This document shows positions 23,793-36,005 of a stretch of 64,000 bases of DNA, in pieces. This stretch comes from Octopus sinensis (Eukaryota), in NCBI RefSeq assembly GCF_006345805.1, contig NC_042999.1, positions 45,818,001-45,882,000 on the forward strand, written 5' to 3'. Position 1 is the first letter of the stretch, and every line of letters starts with the position of its first letter. The position numbers were made by a program, and so were the translations under genes. Under the pieces are notes generated by a model that ran no database searches, was not told the origin of the DNA, and was given only the letters and a program-made list of their open reading frames with translations.

Positions 23793-25190
23793 AATTCTTC
23801 ATTCAAAAACTTGACTGTAAGCAATATCCTTTAGCATAAGCCCAAATGATAAAGAATGTGTTGCCTTAATAGCCAAAGAATCACTGATTTGTGTCCTCTC
23901 TCTGGTGCTGTGCAGTATAATGTTTAATGTGACAAAGACAATAATCAATGGCCCAGACGAGATGTCTGTAAATAGATACCATAAGGAAGAGTAGAATCTG
24001 CAGCTGCAAACAGCAGGAACATCACGTAACTGATGTAATTTTGCAGTAGGTAGCTGTACTGATATCAGCCTGCCATAAACCACAAACGAAACGAGCTATC
24101 AAGGAAGTCTCAAAATAGTTGCTCAGTCAGAAAACAAAAGCAGACAGATCTCTAATGTTCCCCCCATGACCCTCCTCCCCGACTCCCACGTCAACAAAAA
24201 CCTTTGTATGTACTTGATTCATGCCTTATCCAATGTGAGAGGTGGCTTTACTATTTTTAAAACCTGGAATAAATTCCAGCTCCCATTATGACTATCAAAT
24301 CATATGATAAAAAATGTTAATTAACAATCAAATTTCTCAAAAGAACAACAAAAATTCAAAGAACATTTTCTTTCTTCTTTTTAGTATTTAAGTATTTATC
24401 CAGTCATAAGCTTCAATGTTTGTTTTCTATTTTTTTCTTTTGTGTAACTTCACCATTCCAACAGCAAAGGTATGATATGATTAATGTCTGCAAAATAATG
24501 ACAAAGTCTACCTTGACAAACATGATACCTTAGCATTCCATCAGTTGTAGAAAAGAGGTGGTTCACTTAAGTTATTTCACAAGTGATGCATCCGACTCAT
24601 GAAACAGCAAAAACTTCTTACAAAATATCCAAACTAGAATCTGTTAACACAGGAGGTTGTTGGCACAAAAAACAACCAACCAATACACAAACCGTCTTAC
24701 TAAAATATTCATAGAAAATAAAATTCAGAACACCCTGTTCATAAACTGAAATGCTCCCCTCTTTCTCTCTCAGTCAAGATAGGACTTGAGTTAAGTGCAC
24801 ACAGTGTGTTTGGTTGCAAGTATGGGGGTGTTTAAAGGAATTGTCTGGTTTTTGCCTTCTGGTTATGCAACTATTTAGTGACTTCCTTGATGGCTTGTTT
24901 TGGTTTTGGCTTTGTGGCAGGATGAATAGTACAGCAAATTACTGTTAATTACATTAGTTATCTCATGTTCCTGCTGCAGACTCTCCCTTTTTTTATGGTA
25001 TCTATTTACAGACATGTAGTCTGAGCCATTGATAACTGTCTTTGTCACATTATACTGCATAGCATCATTGAAAATATGCCAATCAGTGATTCTTTGGCTA
25101 TTAAGGTAACACATTCTGTATCACTGTGGTCATGCTGTCATTCTGTGTGAAGGCATAATACTCACAGTCAAGTCTTTTGAATGAAGAATT
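23793..25190. repeat. Diverged inverted duplication, arms ~23793-24240 and ~24765-25190
   Basis: The left arm aattcttcattcaaaaacttgactgtaag...ccttaatagccaaagaatcactgatt...atgtctgtaaatagataccataa...tcaaggaagtc aligns with the reverse complement of the right arm. Confidence 0.88.
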
Positions 25191-25214
25191 ATTATTATTA
25201 TTATTATCATTATT

Positions 25215-25245
<31 letters not shown>

Positions 25246-25677
25246 CTTTTTCTTTTTCTTCTTTCAAATTTGCTTCCATTTCTTGCCGAGTGTCTTCCCG
25301 ACTCCTAGGGCAAAGAAACTCATAGTATACATTGGTAGGCCATTAAACCAAACTCAGTAGTTCGTTCATTTTCTTTTTTTTTCTTTTTAAAGTTAAATTA
25401 AAATACATGAGCAGCAACAGTTCTCACATCGACAATGCTCTTCTCAATACGTGTGATGTACCAGTTAAGACAATCTTTTGCACTTCTTGCAGGGATGGTA
25501 AGCCAGGGATCATTCTCATATAATTTTCGGTTCCCTTCTTGATCATTCCTAGTGCTCCTACGATCACTGGTATTGTAACCGCCTTGAGATGCCACATTTT
25601 CTCAATTTCAATGAGTAGGTCTTTATATTTTCTGAGCTTGTCAAACTCTTTCGCTGAGATATTATGATCACAGGGGA

Positions 25678-25681
<4 letters not shown>
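25246..25681 (-). mobile_element. R4/Dong-clade LINE 3' fragment 1 (restriction-like endonuclease tail plus 3' UTR)
   Basis: IPCDHNISAKEFDKLRKYKDLLIEIEKMWHLKAVTIPVIVGALGMIKK...LQEVQKIVLTGTSHVLRRAL*. Flanked on both sides by (TAA)n in element sense. Confidence 0.9.
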
Positions 25682-25729
<48 letters not shown>

Positions 25730-25739
25730 CATTGTTATT

Positions 25740-25930
25740 AAGAATTGTTAGCATGATGGGCAAAATGCTTAGTCAGTCCTTACGTTCTGAGTTCAAATTC
25801 TACCAAGTTCGACTTTGCCTTTCATTTTTTCGGGGTCAATAAAATAAGTACCAGTTGGCTACTAGGGTCAGTGTAATCAACTATCTCCCTCCCCCCAATT
25901 TGGGGCCTTGTCCCTATAGTAGAAAGGATT
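25740..25930 (+). mobile_element. Family A SINE inside the Dong chain
   Basis: gttctgagttcaaattctacc...gactttgcctttc...ccttgtccctatagtagaaaggatt. Confidence 0.85.
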
Positions 25931-25934
25931 ATTA

Positions 25935-26598
25935 TCATTACTGTTATTCTTGTTTGCTCAGTTACTAATGCTTGTGGCACATTATGGATTTAGCTGTTCA
26001 CTACCAGTGAACTTGGGGTAACACCCCATATTTTACAAGCACTCCTCAGAACAGTCGAGCTGTACCAAGTAGTGCTGTTTTTTACAAGTGCTCAACCCAC
26101 ATTGCAACCCCTCTTAATCCAATGTACTGTTCATGATCTTTACTTATTGTTCCTAAGGCTCCAAAAACTATTGGTATTACTACCACCTTTTTCATCGACC
26201 ACAAGAGTTTAATCTTGCTAACCTATCATATCTATAATCCATTTTCCTTCTTTATCACATACCTTGTTGTCAGCTGGACATGCTATATCTATGATCCAGT
26301 GCTGTTTGCTTTCTTTCTCAGTTGTTACTGTATTTGGTTTACTTTTCTTTGTTTCAAGGTCACACTGAATCATAAAGTCCCACAGGATCTTTGCAATATC
26401 ATTTTTCATATCTTCGGTTATATGTCTGTACCACTTTCCTGCTCTGTGAAGCCCGTACTTGTTGCAAAGTGCCCAGTGGACTACCCTTGTTATGTTGTCA
26501 TGTGACCACTTATATTCTTTCTGAGCTAGTGGTGTACATTGACTGGTAAGATGCCACAAAGTTATCCCATCCTCTCTGTGAATTCTGCACTTATCACA
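25935..26598 (-). mobile_element. R4/Dong-clade LINE 3' fragment 2 (degenerate CCHC knuckle plus endonuclease)
   Basis: DKCRI..DGITLWHLTSQCTPLAQKEYKWSHDNITRVVHWALCNKYGL...KILWDFMIQCD...IIDIACPADNKVCDKE; after a frameshift, VVIPIVFGALGTISK...TALLGTAR. Confidence 0.9.
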
Positions 26599-26664
26599 TT
26601 CTTCTTCTTCTTCTTCTTCTTCTTCTTCTTCTTCTCCTTCTCCCCCTCCTCCCCCTCCTTCTTC

Positions 26665-27098
26665 AGTAGTCATATTTTTATCACATGCTTTCACTGTACT
26701 ATTGAATGCAGCTCTGTGTGCCTTGGGTATTTGCTGTGGTTTGTTGTGGTGCTCTTATTTTCACTGTGTTGAAAGTGTTTTACATAGGATGCATACAGTG
26801 CCTAGTAGTATATACTTGTAAGTCCCCAAGTTTTTGTTACGTATTTTCTCAATGTGTTTTTTTTTATCATACCTAATGTGCCTACGATGATAGGAATTGT
26901 TTCTGTTTTTAGGCTCCATATTCGAGTTACCTCCATTTCCAGGTCTTTGTATTTTGAAAGTTTCTCCATTTCTTTTAGAGTAACATTGTCATCTATTGAT
27001 ATTGATACATCAATCAGAAAGCAGTTTTTTTCATGGTGATCTCTGACAACTATATCTGGCCTATTCGCCTTAATTTCTCTATCTCTCTGTCAGTCTAT
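26665..27098 (-). mobile_element. R4/Dong-clade LINE 3' fragment 3
   Basis: EIKANRPDIVVRDHHEKNCFLIDVSISIDDNVTLKEMEKLSKYKDLEMEVTRIWSLKTETIPIIVGTLGMIKK, containing the PD..D endonuclease motif, then the 3' UTR. Confidence 0.88.
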
Positions 27099-27111
27099 AT
27101 TATTATTATTA

Positions 27112-27420
27112 TTTCATGAAAATTCAGTTTATTTTGCTGTGTGAGGAAAAGTGTCAGCTGCCCAGGGCCAGCAGCCTAAGCTGACGCTTGTTTACTGATT
27201 TTGCTTCAAGAACCCTGAGGAGAACTCTTGCAGCTCCAAGTAATGATGATATTCTTAGGTGTTCTATTTTTATATTTGTAACAGTCTTTTTGAGCCACAT
27301 TGATAGCTGAGTACTGATATTTCCAATTAAGCCAATCATTATTGGCATCACGTCCACTCTCTTCATTGCCCACAACATGCGTATTTCCCACTTCAGTTTA
27401 TCTCAGTGGGAAATATCCTT
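27112..27420 (-). mobile_element. R4/Dong-clade LINE 3' fragment 4
   Basis: LKWEIRMLWAMKRVDVMPIMIGLIGNIS...SLLGAARVLLRVL, with a short 3' UTR ending in (aat)n. Confidence 0.8.
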
Positions 27421-27733
27421 ATTGTTGTTGTTGTTGTTGTTTTCATTATTATTATTATTATTATTATTGTTATTATTATTATTATTATCATCATTTTTCT
27501 GTAAGGGATGAGTATAATGAAATTAAGTTGTCTCTCCAGGGGAGGATTGTTTAGTTTCACTCTTCATGGATTGTTGCAAATATGATTCTGGTGAAATTTG
27601 AACTCCGATTAAGAATATATAAGTATAAAACTTATATTACATTTGTTAAGGGGGCAAAGCAAAAAAGAAAAAGAAATTATGAATTGCTTTGGGGATGTGA
27701 AAAGAGATACTATATGTAATTTTAGAAATATCC

Positions 27734-27803
<70 letters not shown>

Positions 27804-27811
27804 TAGATAGG

Positions 27812-28095
27812 CTCACGCATAGTTGTGTTGTAAGAACCTTGCTTCCTAACCACATGGTTTCAGGTTCAGTTCTACTGCATGGTACCTTGGGCAAGTGTCT
27901 TTTACCATAGCCTCAGGCCGACCAAAAGCCTTGTGAGTAGATTTGATAGACAGAAACTGAAAGAAGCCCATCCTGCAGTTCGGCAAATGAGACTGATAGA
28001 ATAAGTACTAGGATTGAGCTGTTCAACTAAAACCCTTTGGGGTGGTGCTCCAGAATGGCCACAGTCAAATGACTGAAACAAGTAAAAGAATAAAA
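27812..28095 (+). mobile_element. Family B SINE (internally deleted), plus a partial head at 28145-28240
   Basis: gcttcctaaccacatggtttcaggttcagttc...ccttgggcaagtgtctt...gctccagaatggccacagtcaaatgactgaaacaagtaaaag. Confidence 0.85.
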
Positions 28096-28307
28096 GAAAA
28101 TACTGTATTGTTAATCGTTTTGCATTTTCCTCCTGATGAGGAAGAAGTTTGCTACCCAACCACATGGCTCTGAGTTCTGTTCCTCTGTGTGATACATTGG
28201 ACAAATATTTTTGAATGTATTTATGTAACAGAAACTGAAACAAACCTCTTATATATATACATATATATATATATACATATATATTATATATATATATATA
28301 TATATAT

Positions 28308-29712
28308 CATCATCATCATCATCATCATCATCATCGTTTAACGTCCGTTCTCCATGCTAGCATGGGTTGGACGGTTCGACCGGGGATCTGGAAAGCCAGA
28401 AGGCTGCACCAGGCTCCAGTCTTATCTGGCAGTGTTTCTACAGCTGGATGCCCTTCCTAACGCCAACCACTCCGTGAGTGTAGTGGGTGCTTTTCACGTG
28501 CCACCTGCACAGGTGCCAGGCGAGGCTGGCAACGGCCACGGTCGGATTGGTGTATTTTATGTGCCACCTGCATGGAAGCCAAACGAGGGGGTGCTGGCAT
28601 CGGCCACGAGTCGGATAGTGCTTTTTACGTACCACCAGACCAGGGATCCTGGCTGGTTCAATTCGATTTCGATTTCGCTTGCCCCAACATGTCTTCGCAA
28701 GGAATGGGGTTGGCATGGGTGCCTGTCGTACGGTCAGATTGGTGTATTTTACGTGCCACCGGCACGGAAGCCAGTGGAGGCGGCGCTGGCATCGGCCACG
28801 AGTCGGATAGTGCTTTTTACGTACCACCAGACCAGGGATCCTGGCTGGTTCAATTCGATTTCGATTGCGCTTGCCCCAACATGTCTTCGCAAGCAAAGGG
28901 GGTTGGCATGGGTGCCTGTCGTCGGATGAGGTTCTATATCGACTTCGCTTGCCTCAACAGGTCTTTGTGTCCAAGGGAGGAAAGGCATTCATAAGTGGGC
29001 TGGGCTCACTTGTCCTGCCTGGTCTTCTCACGTACAGAATATTTCCAAAGGTCTCGGTCGCTGGTCATTTCCTCAGTGAGGCCTAAAGTTCGAAGGTCGT
29101 GCTTCACCACCTCGTCCCAGGTTTTCCTGGGTCTACCTCTTCTACGGGTTCCCTCAACTGCTAAGGATTGGCACTTTCTCACACACCTATCTTCATCCAT
29201 TCTCGCCACATGACCATACCAGCGCAATCGTCTCTCTTGCACACCACAACTGATGCCTCTTAGGTACAACATTTCTCTGAAGGTGCTAACGCTCTGTCGA
29301 GTATGTACACTGACATTACACATCCATCGGAGCATACTGGCTTCATTCCTCACGAGCTTACGCATGTCCTCGGCAGTCACGGCCCATGTTTCACTGCCAT
29401 GTAGCATGGCTGTTCGTACACACACATCATACAGTCTGCCTTTTACTCTGAGCGAGAGGCCTTTAGTCACCAGCAGAGGTAAGAGCTCCCTAAACTTTGC
29501 CCAGGCTATTCTTATTCTAGCAGTTACACTTTCAGCGCACCCACCTCAACTACTGACTTGGTCACCTAGATAACGGAAGCTATCAACTACTTCTAGTTTT
29601 TCCCCCTGGAAAGTGACGGAAGTTATTTTCTGCAGATTTTCGGAGGTTAATGCTCCAGAGCATCTGCCACATACAAAAACTATCTTCCCAGTTAGCCTAC
29701 CTTTGACATTGC
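28308..29712 (-). mobile_element. 5'-truncated RTE-clade LINE: RT C-terminal region (one frameshift), long 3' UTR, (GAT)n tail
   Basis: KGRLTGKIVFVCGRCSG...LEVVDSFRYLGDQVS / ARIRIAWAKFRELLPLLVTKGLSLRVKGRLYDVCVRTAMLHGSETW...ERRLRWYGHVARMDEDRCVRK...GRPRKTWDEVVKHDL. (TA)n on both sides. Confidence 0.93.
28540..28924. repeat. 192-bp tandem duplication within the RTE 3' UTR
   Basis: Units start at 28540 (ggtcggattggtg) and 28732 (ggtcagattggtg). Visible as a 64-aa repeat in ORF 28354-28929. Confidence 0.92.
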
Positions 29713-30629
29713 TATATATATATATATAAATCATCATTATTTAACATCTGCCTTCCATGCTGGCAGATGTTAAACAATGTGATTGCTATTTATAATTAAA
29801 CACACATATACGCCATTATATGCACTTTTGTATTATTTTATATGTGTGTGTGTGTGTATGTGTATGTATGATTTTTTATAGTGTCAAACTATATAGTGCA
29901 GTTACATATGTGTATCTGTTCAAGAATGCTCCAACCATGGCCATTCCATATTTTGAATGTACTTTCTCTCTACATTATCATGTGTTCATTTTTTTTTTTT
30001 ACTTAAATTAAGAAAAACAGTGTGTGATAATGAGATATTTGGTGGCTATTTCTAACAGATCACTCAATCAGTCTTGTAGAGACTCCCTTGTCAGGTTGTC
30101 GTACAATTAGTTTTCCATTATGCTCCCGGTTTAAATTTGGATTTTCCAGTCTCCTTTACTTCATTTGCAAGTGTGCTGGTCACTTAGTGGCTTCTGAGGT
30201 ATTTTTAGCTTGTACTTAATCTATATTTGGTGTGATTAAAATCATGTTAAGAATAAGACGACTGCATGACAAACCACCTTAGCTGGTTTGCTATCAAGTC
30301 TTCCTTATATGATTACTCCTTGATATACCATAAGCTCATTTACTGAATTGTTTCATTATTCATTTACATTTGATGCTAAGATAATTCTGCCGTTCTGCTG
30401 TTTCTTTTTGAGTTTTTTTTTTTTTGGTGTGGGTGGGGTGGGGGTAGGGTGTTCTATTTTTCTCTGTTTACACTCCTTTTACAAGTAGATGGAATGTTTT
30501 TTTCTGTCTTCTTTTTTTTTTACTTCTGATATTTTTTTTGTTTATTTTTTCTCTCTTCCTTTCCTCATCTTAGCTGTTTCGAACTAGTGGTTTATTCCAT
30601 TTCTAGATATAGGAGGACAGAAATGTGTG

Positions 30630-30664
30630 TGTATTTGTTTATATCATATACATACATACATGCG

Positions 30665-30704
<40 letters not shown>

Positions 30705-30860
30705 CATACGTATATATATATATAATATATATATATATATGTATATGTGCGTATATATATTATATATGTTCATATATATATAAATATGTATGTCTGTATG
30801 CATGTATATATGTATATATATATTTCTATGTCTATATATATATGTATATGTGTGTATATA

Positions 30861-30902
<42 letters not shown>

Positions 30903-31269
30903 ATGTATGTATATATATGTATGTATGTATATATATAAATACATATACATATATGTTGATGTACATATACACATATACATAAACAACACACACACACATA
31001 CATATATATACACACATATACATAGATACAGTTAATGAATTAATGGTACAGAACATATAACTAAGCAACTATCAGTGACATCTATTGATGATAAGGTCAT
31101 TGATTTCTTTTTCATTCTTCTTTTACTTGGTTTCCTTCTTTATTTCCATGTAGCAAAGAAAATCTAATCACACATTTGCCATTGCAGTGTTAGTTATTTG
31201 ACTCGTTCCATGTACCAGAGAGCGAGAGAGAGAGACCAAGTGTGAGATATAAATAGATAGATATAGTGG

Positions 31270-31319
<50 letters not shown>

Positions 31320-31350
31320 TAGGGAAATACAGACAAAGAGTGAGATATGA

Positions 31351-31385
<35 letters not shown>

Positions 31386-32915
31386 TGGATGATGTGGGGT
31401 GGAGAGGAAGTGGTAAGGGTAGATGCATATTATGATCATTGCACTTCTGGAGGCAGTATTGGGTGTTTTCACTCAACAAAAGATTGATCAGTAAATCCAA
31501 AATCAAGTGGTTAGAATTGGATTCTAAGTACATATACTTATAATGTATATATGTTGTTGTTGTCGTTGCTGTGTTGTTGTTGTTGGTGTCGTCTTTTTTT
31601 TTTAAATATAAATTTTTGTTTTCTTTTTTAAATATAAATTCAGTAACCCTCTATTTTAATGGTGTATTGGAAATTTGGTTCCAGTAATAAAAGGTTTTCC
31701 TTTCCAGTTGGCAAATGGTAAATGTATCTGCACTGATATGCTTTCCCCATCAAATAGTATGAGCTATACACACACATAAGCAAACACACACACACACATG
31801 CAGACATGCAATACATTTATAAACAAATACAAATACATTTTGTATATATTCATGTAGCTTTTATAACTAAATAAATCTATAAATATACATACACATATAT
31901 AAGTATATGTATGTATATACGGGAATATGCATATTTATTTATATATATATATATATACAAATATGCATATGCATATATATATATATATATACATATACAT
32001 ACACATACACACATATATGTATATAAATATGTATATATATATCTATATATGAATATGTATACATATCTATATATTAATATGTGTGTATATATATATCTAT
32101 ATATAATATATGAATACATATATATATATTTATATATATTATATATATATATATATAAATATGTATATCTATCTTTCTATATATATATATTTATATATAT
32201 ATGTATATATAAATATGTATATATGTATATTTATAAATTTATATGTATATTTTTATAATATATATATATATGTGTATATTTATATATGTATGTATAAATA
32301 TGCATATATATCTTGTATATTTATAAATATATATATGTATATCTATAAATATATATATATGTGTATATTTATATATGTATGTATAAATATGTATATATAT
32401 CTTATATATCTATATATATATACATATATATAAATATGTATATATATATCTATACATATATATATATATAAATATGTATATATATCTATACATATCTATC
32501 TATCTATCTATATATATATGTATATATATGTATATATCTATTCACATATATATATATATATATATACATGCCCACAATATATTATATATATATATGTATA
32601 CATACATATATAAATGTATATATATATATAAATATATATATATATGTATATATATATGCATATATAAATATGTATATATATATATGCATATATATGTATA
32701 TATATATGCATATATAAATATGTATATATATATTACATATATGTATATATATATACTATATAAATGCGTATATATATCCATACATATATGCATATATATA
32801 CATACATACATACGTATATATATGTATGTGTGTATATATATATATATATAATGCATATATATATACATATGATATATATATATATGTATATGTATATATA
32901 TACATATATATATGT

Positions 32916-32959
<44 letters not shown>

Positions 32960-33114
32960 TATATATTTTATCTTATCTTATCTAGTTTCAGCTCATGAGC
33001 TGTGGCCATGCTTATATATATAAAATTCATTTCTATATAAATATGCATATCTATATATATATATACATATAAATATATAAATGCGTATATGTATGTTTGT
33101 ATATGCATATATAT

Positions 33115-33195
<81 letters not shown>

Positions 33196-33380
33196 AATAT
33201 GTGTATATGTATATATGCATATTTATATAAGCATGCATATATATGTGTGTGTTTGTGTATATATATGTATATATATTTATATAAATATATATACCATGCC
33301 ATATGTATATATGCATATATAGTCGTGTTTATGCTTGTATTTACGCATATACTCACACACGCACACACGCACCTATATAT
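30630..33380. repeat. Large (TA)n-derived low-complexity blocks, with (GA)n/(GATA)n at 31260-31390
   Basis: Direct reading. Confidence 0.97.
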
Positions 33381-34034
33381 AGTCATTCTTTCTTCCGTTT
33401 AGCTGCATTTTATAAAATCATCTTACTTTGTGAGTTTCCTTTATTGTTCATTACAAGTATTGAATGTTCAAAATATTGATTATTTTTTCATTTATCTTTT
33501 ATTTTATGAAGCTTAAGGCTACATTTATGTATGAGTAACAGATTGAACGAGCGCATATGTGCATGTATGCATGTGTTTGCATGTGTTACCGGTGCTTATT
33601 TTATTGACCATGAAAATGAAGAGAAGTTAAAATTGGCTTAGATGAAATTTGAAAACAGAATTTAGAGTCACTAAACCGAATGCTATAAGACATTCAGTAC
33701 AGAGCTCCCACAGTTTCTGCCAATTCACCATAATCAGAATCATGTTTATTTACAAAGATATAAGGCTTTAGATTTATGAATGATGGAACACGAGAGTCTA
33801 TGTGACATATCTTTCTCAAGGACATTGGCCATGTAAATAAAGTGAAATCGTTGCAGTTTAGATTCAATTTTATGTTGAGTGTTTGTTTTGCTTTTACTTT
33901 CAGTTTAATCTTTCCTCTATTATATGTACGTCAAGTGTTTAAAATACTGAAATTGACTACATTGTAGGAATATAAATATATTTATTGAACATCCTTTCTC
34001 ACCATATCTAGTATGGCACATCTGCCTTAATTAC

Positions 34035-34169
34035 CAGCATTCAGGATTGCATTCAGAAAACATCTGTTGTGTACATGTACAACGTTGCCAGCTGAAAAGC
34101 TTTCTGTTACTGTGTTGTTGTCGTGAGGAAAGCGTGCACCTGTAACCCGATAACTATTGAAAGCCCTTT
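34035..34169 (-). CDS. Candidate internal coding exon (135 nt, phase 1-1)
   Basis: Acceptor ccttctcacatttccatgcag| and donor GCTG|gtaatt. Fully open RAFNSYRVTGARFPHDNNTVTESFSAGNVVHVHNRCFLNAILNA in a CpG-retaining unique island. No homology recognised. Confidence 0.4.
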
Positions 34170-34799
34170 CTGCATGGAAATGTGAGAAGGTCTCAGTAAA
34201 TGGGTATGGTTGATATCAAATTTGAAATATTTAGGATTAGCAATCATGTAAGGGCAAAAATCCTAGAAATATGTGACAATTTAAAATTTGAGTTTATGAT
34301 TTTTTTTTTTTATTTATTGTTACTAGGTAGGTTGCATAATATTCATTTTCTTTTTCTCTTTCTAATAGCACAGAGGGCTGGCAGTGTCCAGGACCCTTTG
34401 CAGAGCCCCTGAGACTAGTAGGAGGGAATGAGGGAGGGAGGAAGTTATCCTCAAACTAGATACCTAACCTGAATGCTTGTTACATAGTGGGCTTTGCTAA
34501 AGGCACCCTGGCTGTCAGATGGTGTTAATAAGCTGAGCAGTGGCTTAAGTGTTTCACCCTTATGAGCTGTAACAGAATTTAAATTCAGGACACAAAGAGA
34601 TGGAACAAATACTGCCAAACATTCTGTGTGTTGTTCCTAAAACCCTGCCAAACTTTCACTCCTGATTGATACAATTTTATCAATCTTGAAAGATGAAAAA
34701 CAAGGTTGTTCCTAAGATGGTGTTGATATAGTGTTTTCAATGTCGTAAGGCTATCTGACCGCTGAATAAGGATAAGCATATAGTAACTACGACAGTGGC

Positions 34800-35135
34800 T
34801 GTGCAATCCAATCTTCTTAGACCCCCATCGGTCATGAATGACCATGGGATTGTACTTAGAAAGTTCTCCTCCATGGCACAAGTCTGGCCAATGTTGTTCA
34901 TTGAAGACCAGCAGTTGCTCATGGATACCAGTCTCCCCACCACCAATGTTGTACAAGGAAAGGCAAAGGCCAATACAGCTTGTCACCAATGATGTAACTC
35001 ATTTCTACAGCTGAATGAACTGGAGCAATGTGAAATAAAGTGTCTTGCTCAAGAACACAACACACAGCCCAGTCCAGAAATCGAATTCACAACTGTAGCT
35101 CTGATGCTCTTACCACAGAGCCATGTGCCTTCACA
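34800..35135 (-). mobile_element. tRNA-derived SINE, OR1-like (family C-type head and core with a different 3' half)
   Basis: Head gtgaaggcacatggctctgtggt, core ttgagcaagacactttatttcac, then gctgtattggcctttgcctttcc...ctgctggtcttc...ctttctaagtacaatcccatggtcattcatgaccga. Confidence 0.8.
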
Positions 35136-35388
35136 CATTCCAATAACACTATGATAAAGGTGGTTTGGATAGCCAGTAGTTCATTGGTCTAACTATTAAT
35201 GAGTTTTGTCGTTTTCAGCTTTATGATTAAATTGTATTGAATTTATTATAGTTTCGGTTGTGGTTCAATAAAATAAATGTATAGAAAATTCAATATCCAG
35301 ATTGCTACATTTCTCCTCATATGATTAATCTTTATTCTCTAGGGTCTGCTGTGTGGGTCAAAACTAGGCAGATGCAGTGTTGTATGTA

Positions 35389-36005
35389 CTAGCAAACTTA
35401 CCCATCTATGGTGGGTGATAAGAGCAGGGTGCAAATTGAGACAATTTAAGTTGTAATATACTTATTTTTATTCATTATAGTTGATAGTGCCAAACTATAT
35501 AGTGTACCTTATTGAACAATATATATGTAAACATTTACACAACACATTCATGCTACTATCTTTACAAATCCTCTTTGTAAACAATATTCTTTGTTTGTCC
35601 ACAGCTAAGTTTCAAATTAGCTGAATTCGTTGCCCTACTCATTGCGACAAACAGCTGGCTGTGCGTGAAAATAGAAGAGGGCAGAAACACACCGACACAA
35701 CCCAAAGTCTGGCCCTGAGACTTGTTGGCCGTAAAGGAGAAGGGTAATTTGATAGGAAACTGCCTGCATCATAACTGAAATGGAAGCTGATTATCTGAAG
35801 GCATCAGAGGTATCTGAGGTATAAACAAATGTTTACCAGTGTGAAGACCAGTTGCTATCACTGCTTCGATGATGTGAGAGTTAAGTTTTGTAACAGTGTA
35901 TCTTGTTCCAGTACAATATCCATTAGCTGGGTCAAAATTCCGAAGCAGCATACTCGGACAACCCTTCTTCAAAGTTATTTTGTGTACTGGTAGACCCGAT
36001 GGATA
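35389..36005 (-). mobile_element. Helitron 3' fragment: Pif1-like helicase C-terminus plus terminal hairpin and CTAG
   Basis: 36005-35562 reads PSGLPVHKITLKKGCPSMLLRNFDP..GYCTGTR...FIPQIPLMPSD..LPFQL*CRQFPIKL.FSFTANKSQGQTL..VG...FTHSQLFVAMSR...TKNIVYKEDL* (one in-frame stop). Hairpin at 35400-35416, then CTAG (35392-35389) followed by T. Confidence 0.92.

Noticed and set aside
28354-28994. 191-aa and 140-aa plus-strand ORFs with an internal repeat
   Set aside because: Antisense to the RTE 3' UTR; the repeat is the 192-bp DNA duplication.
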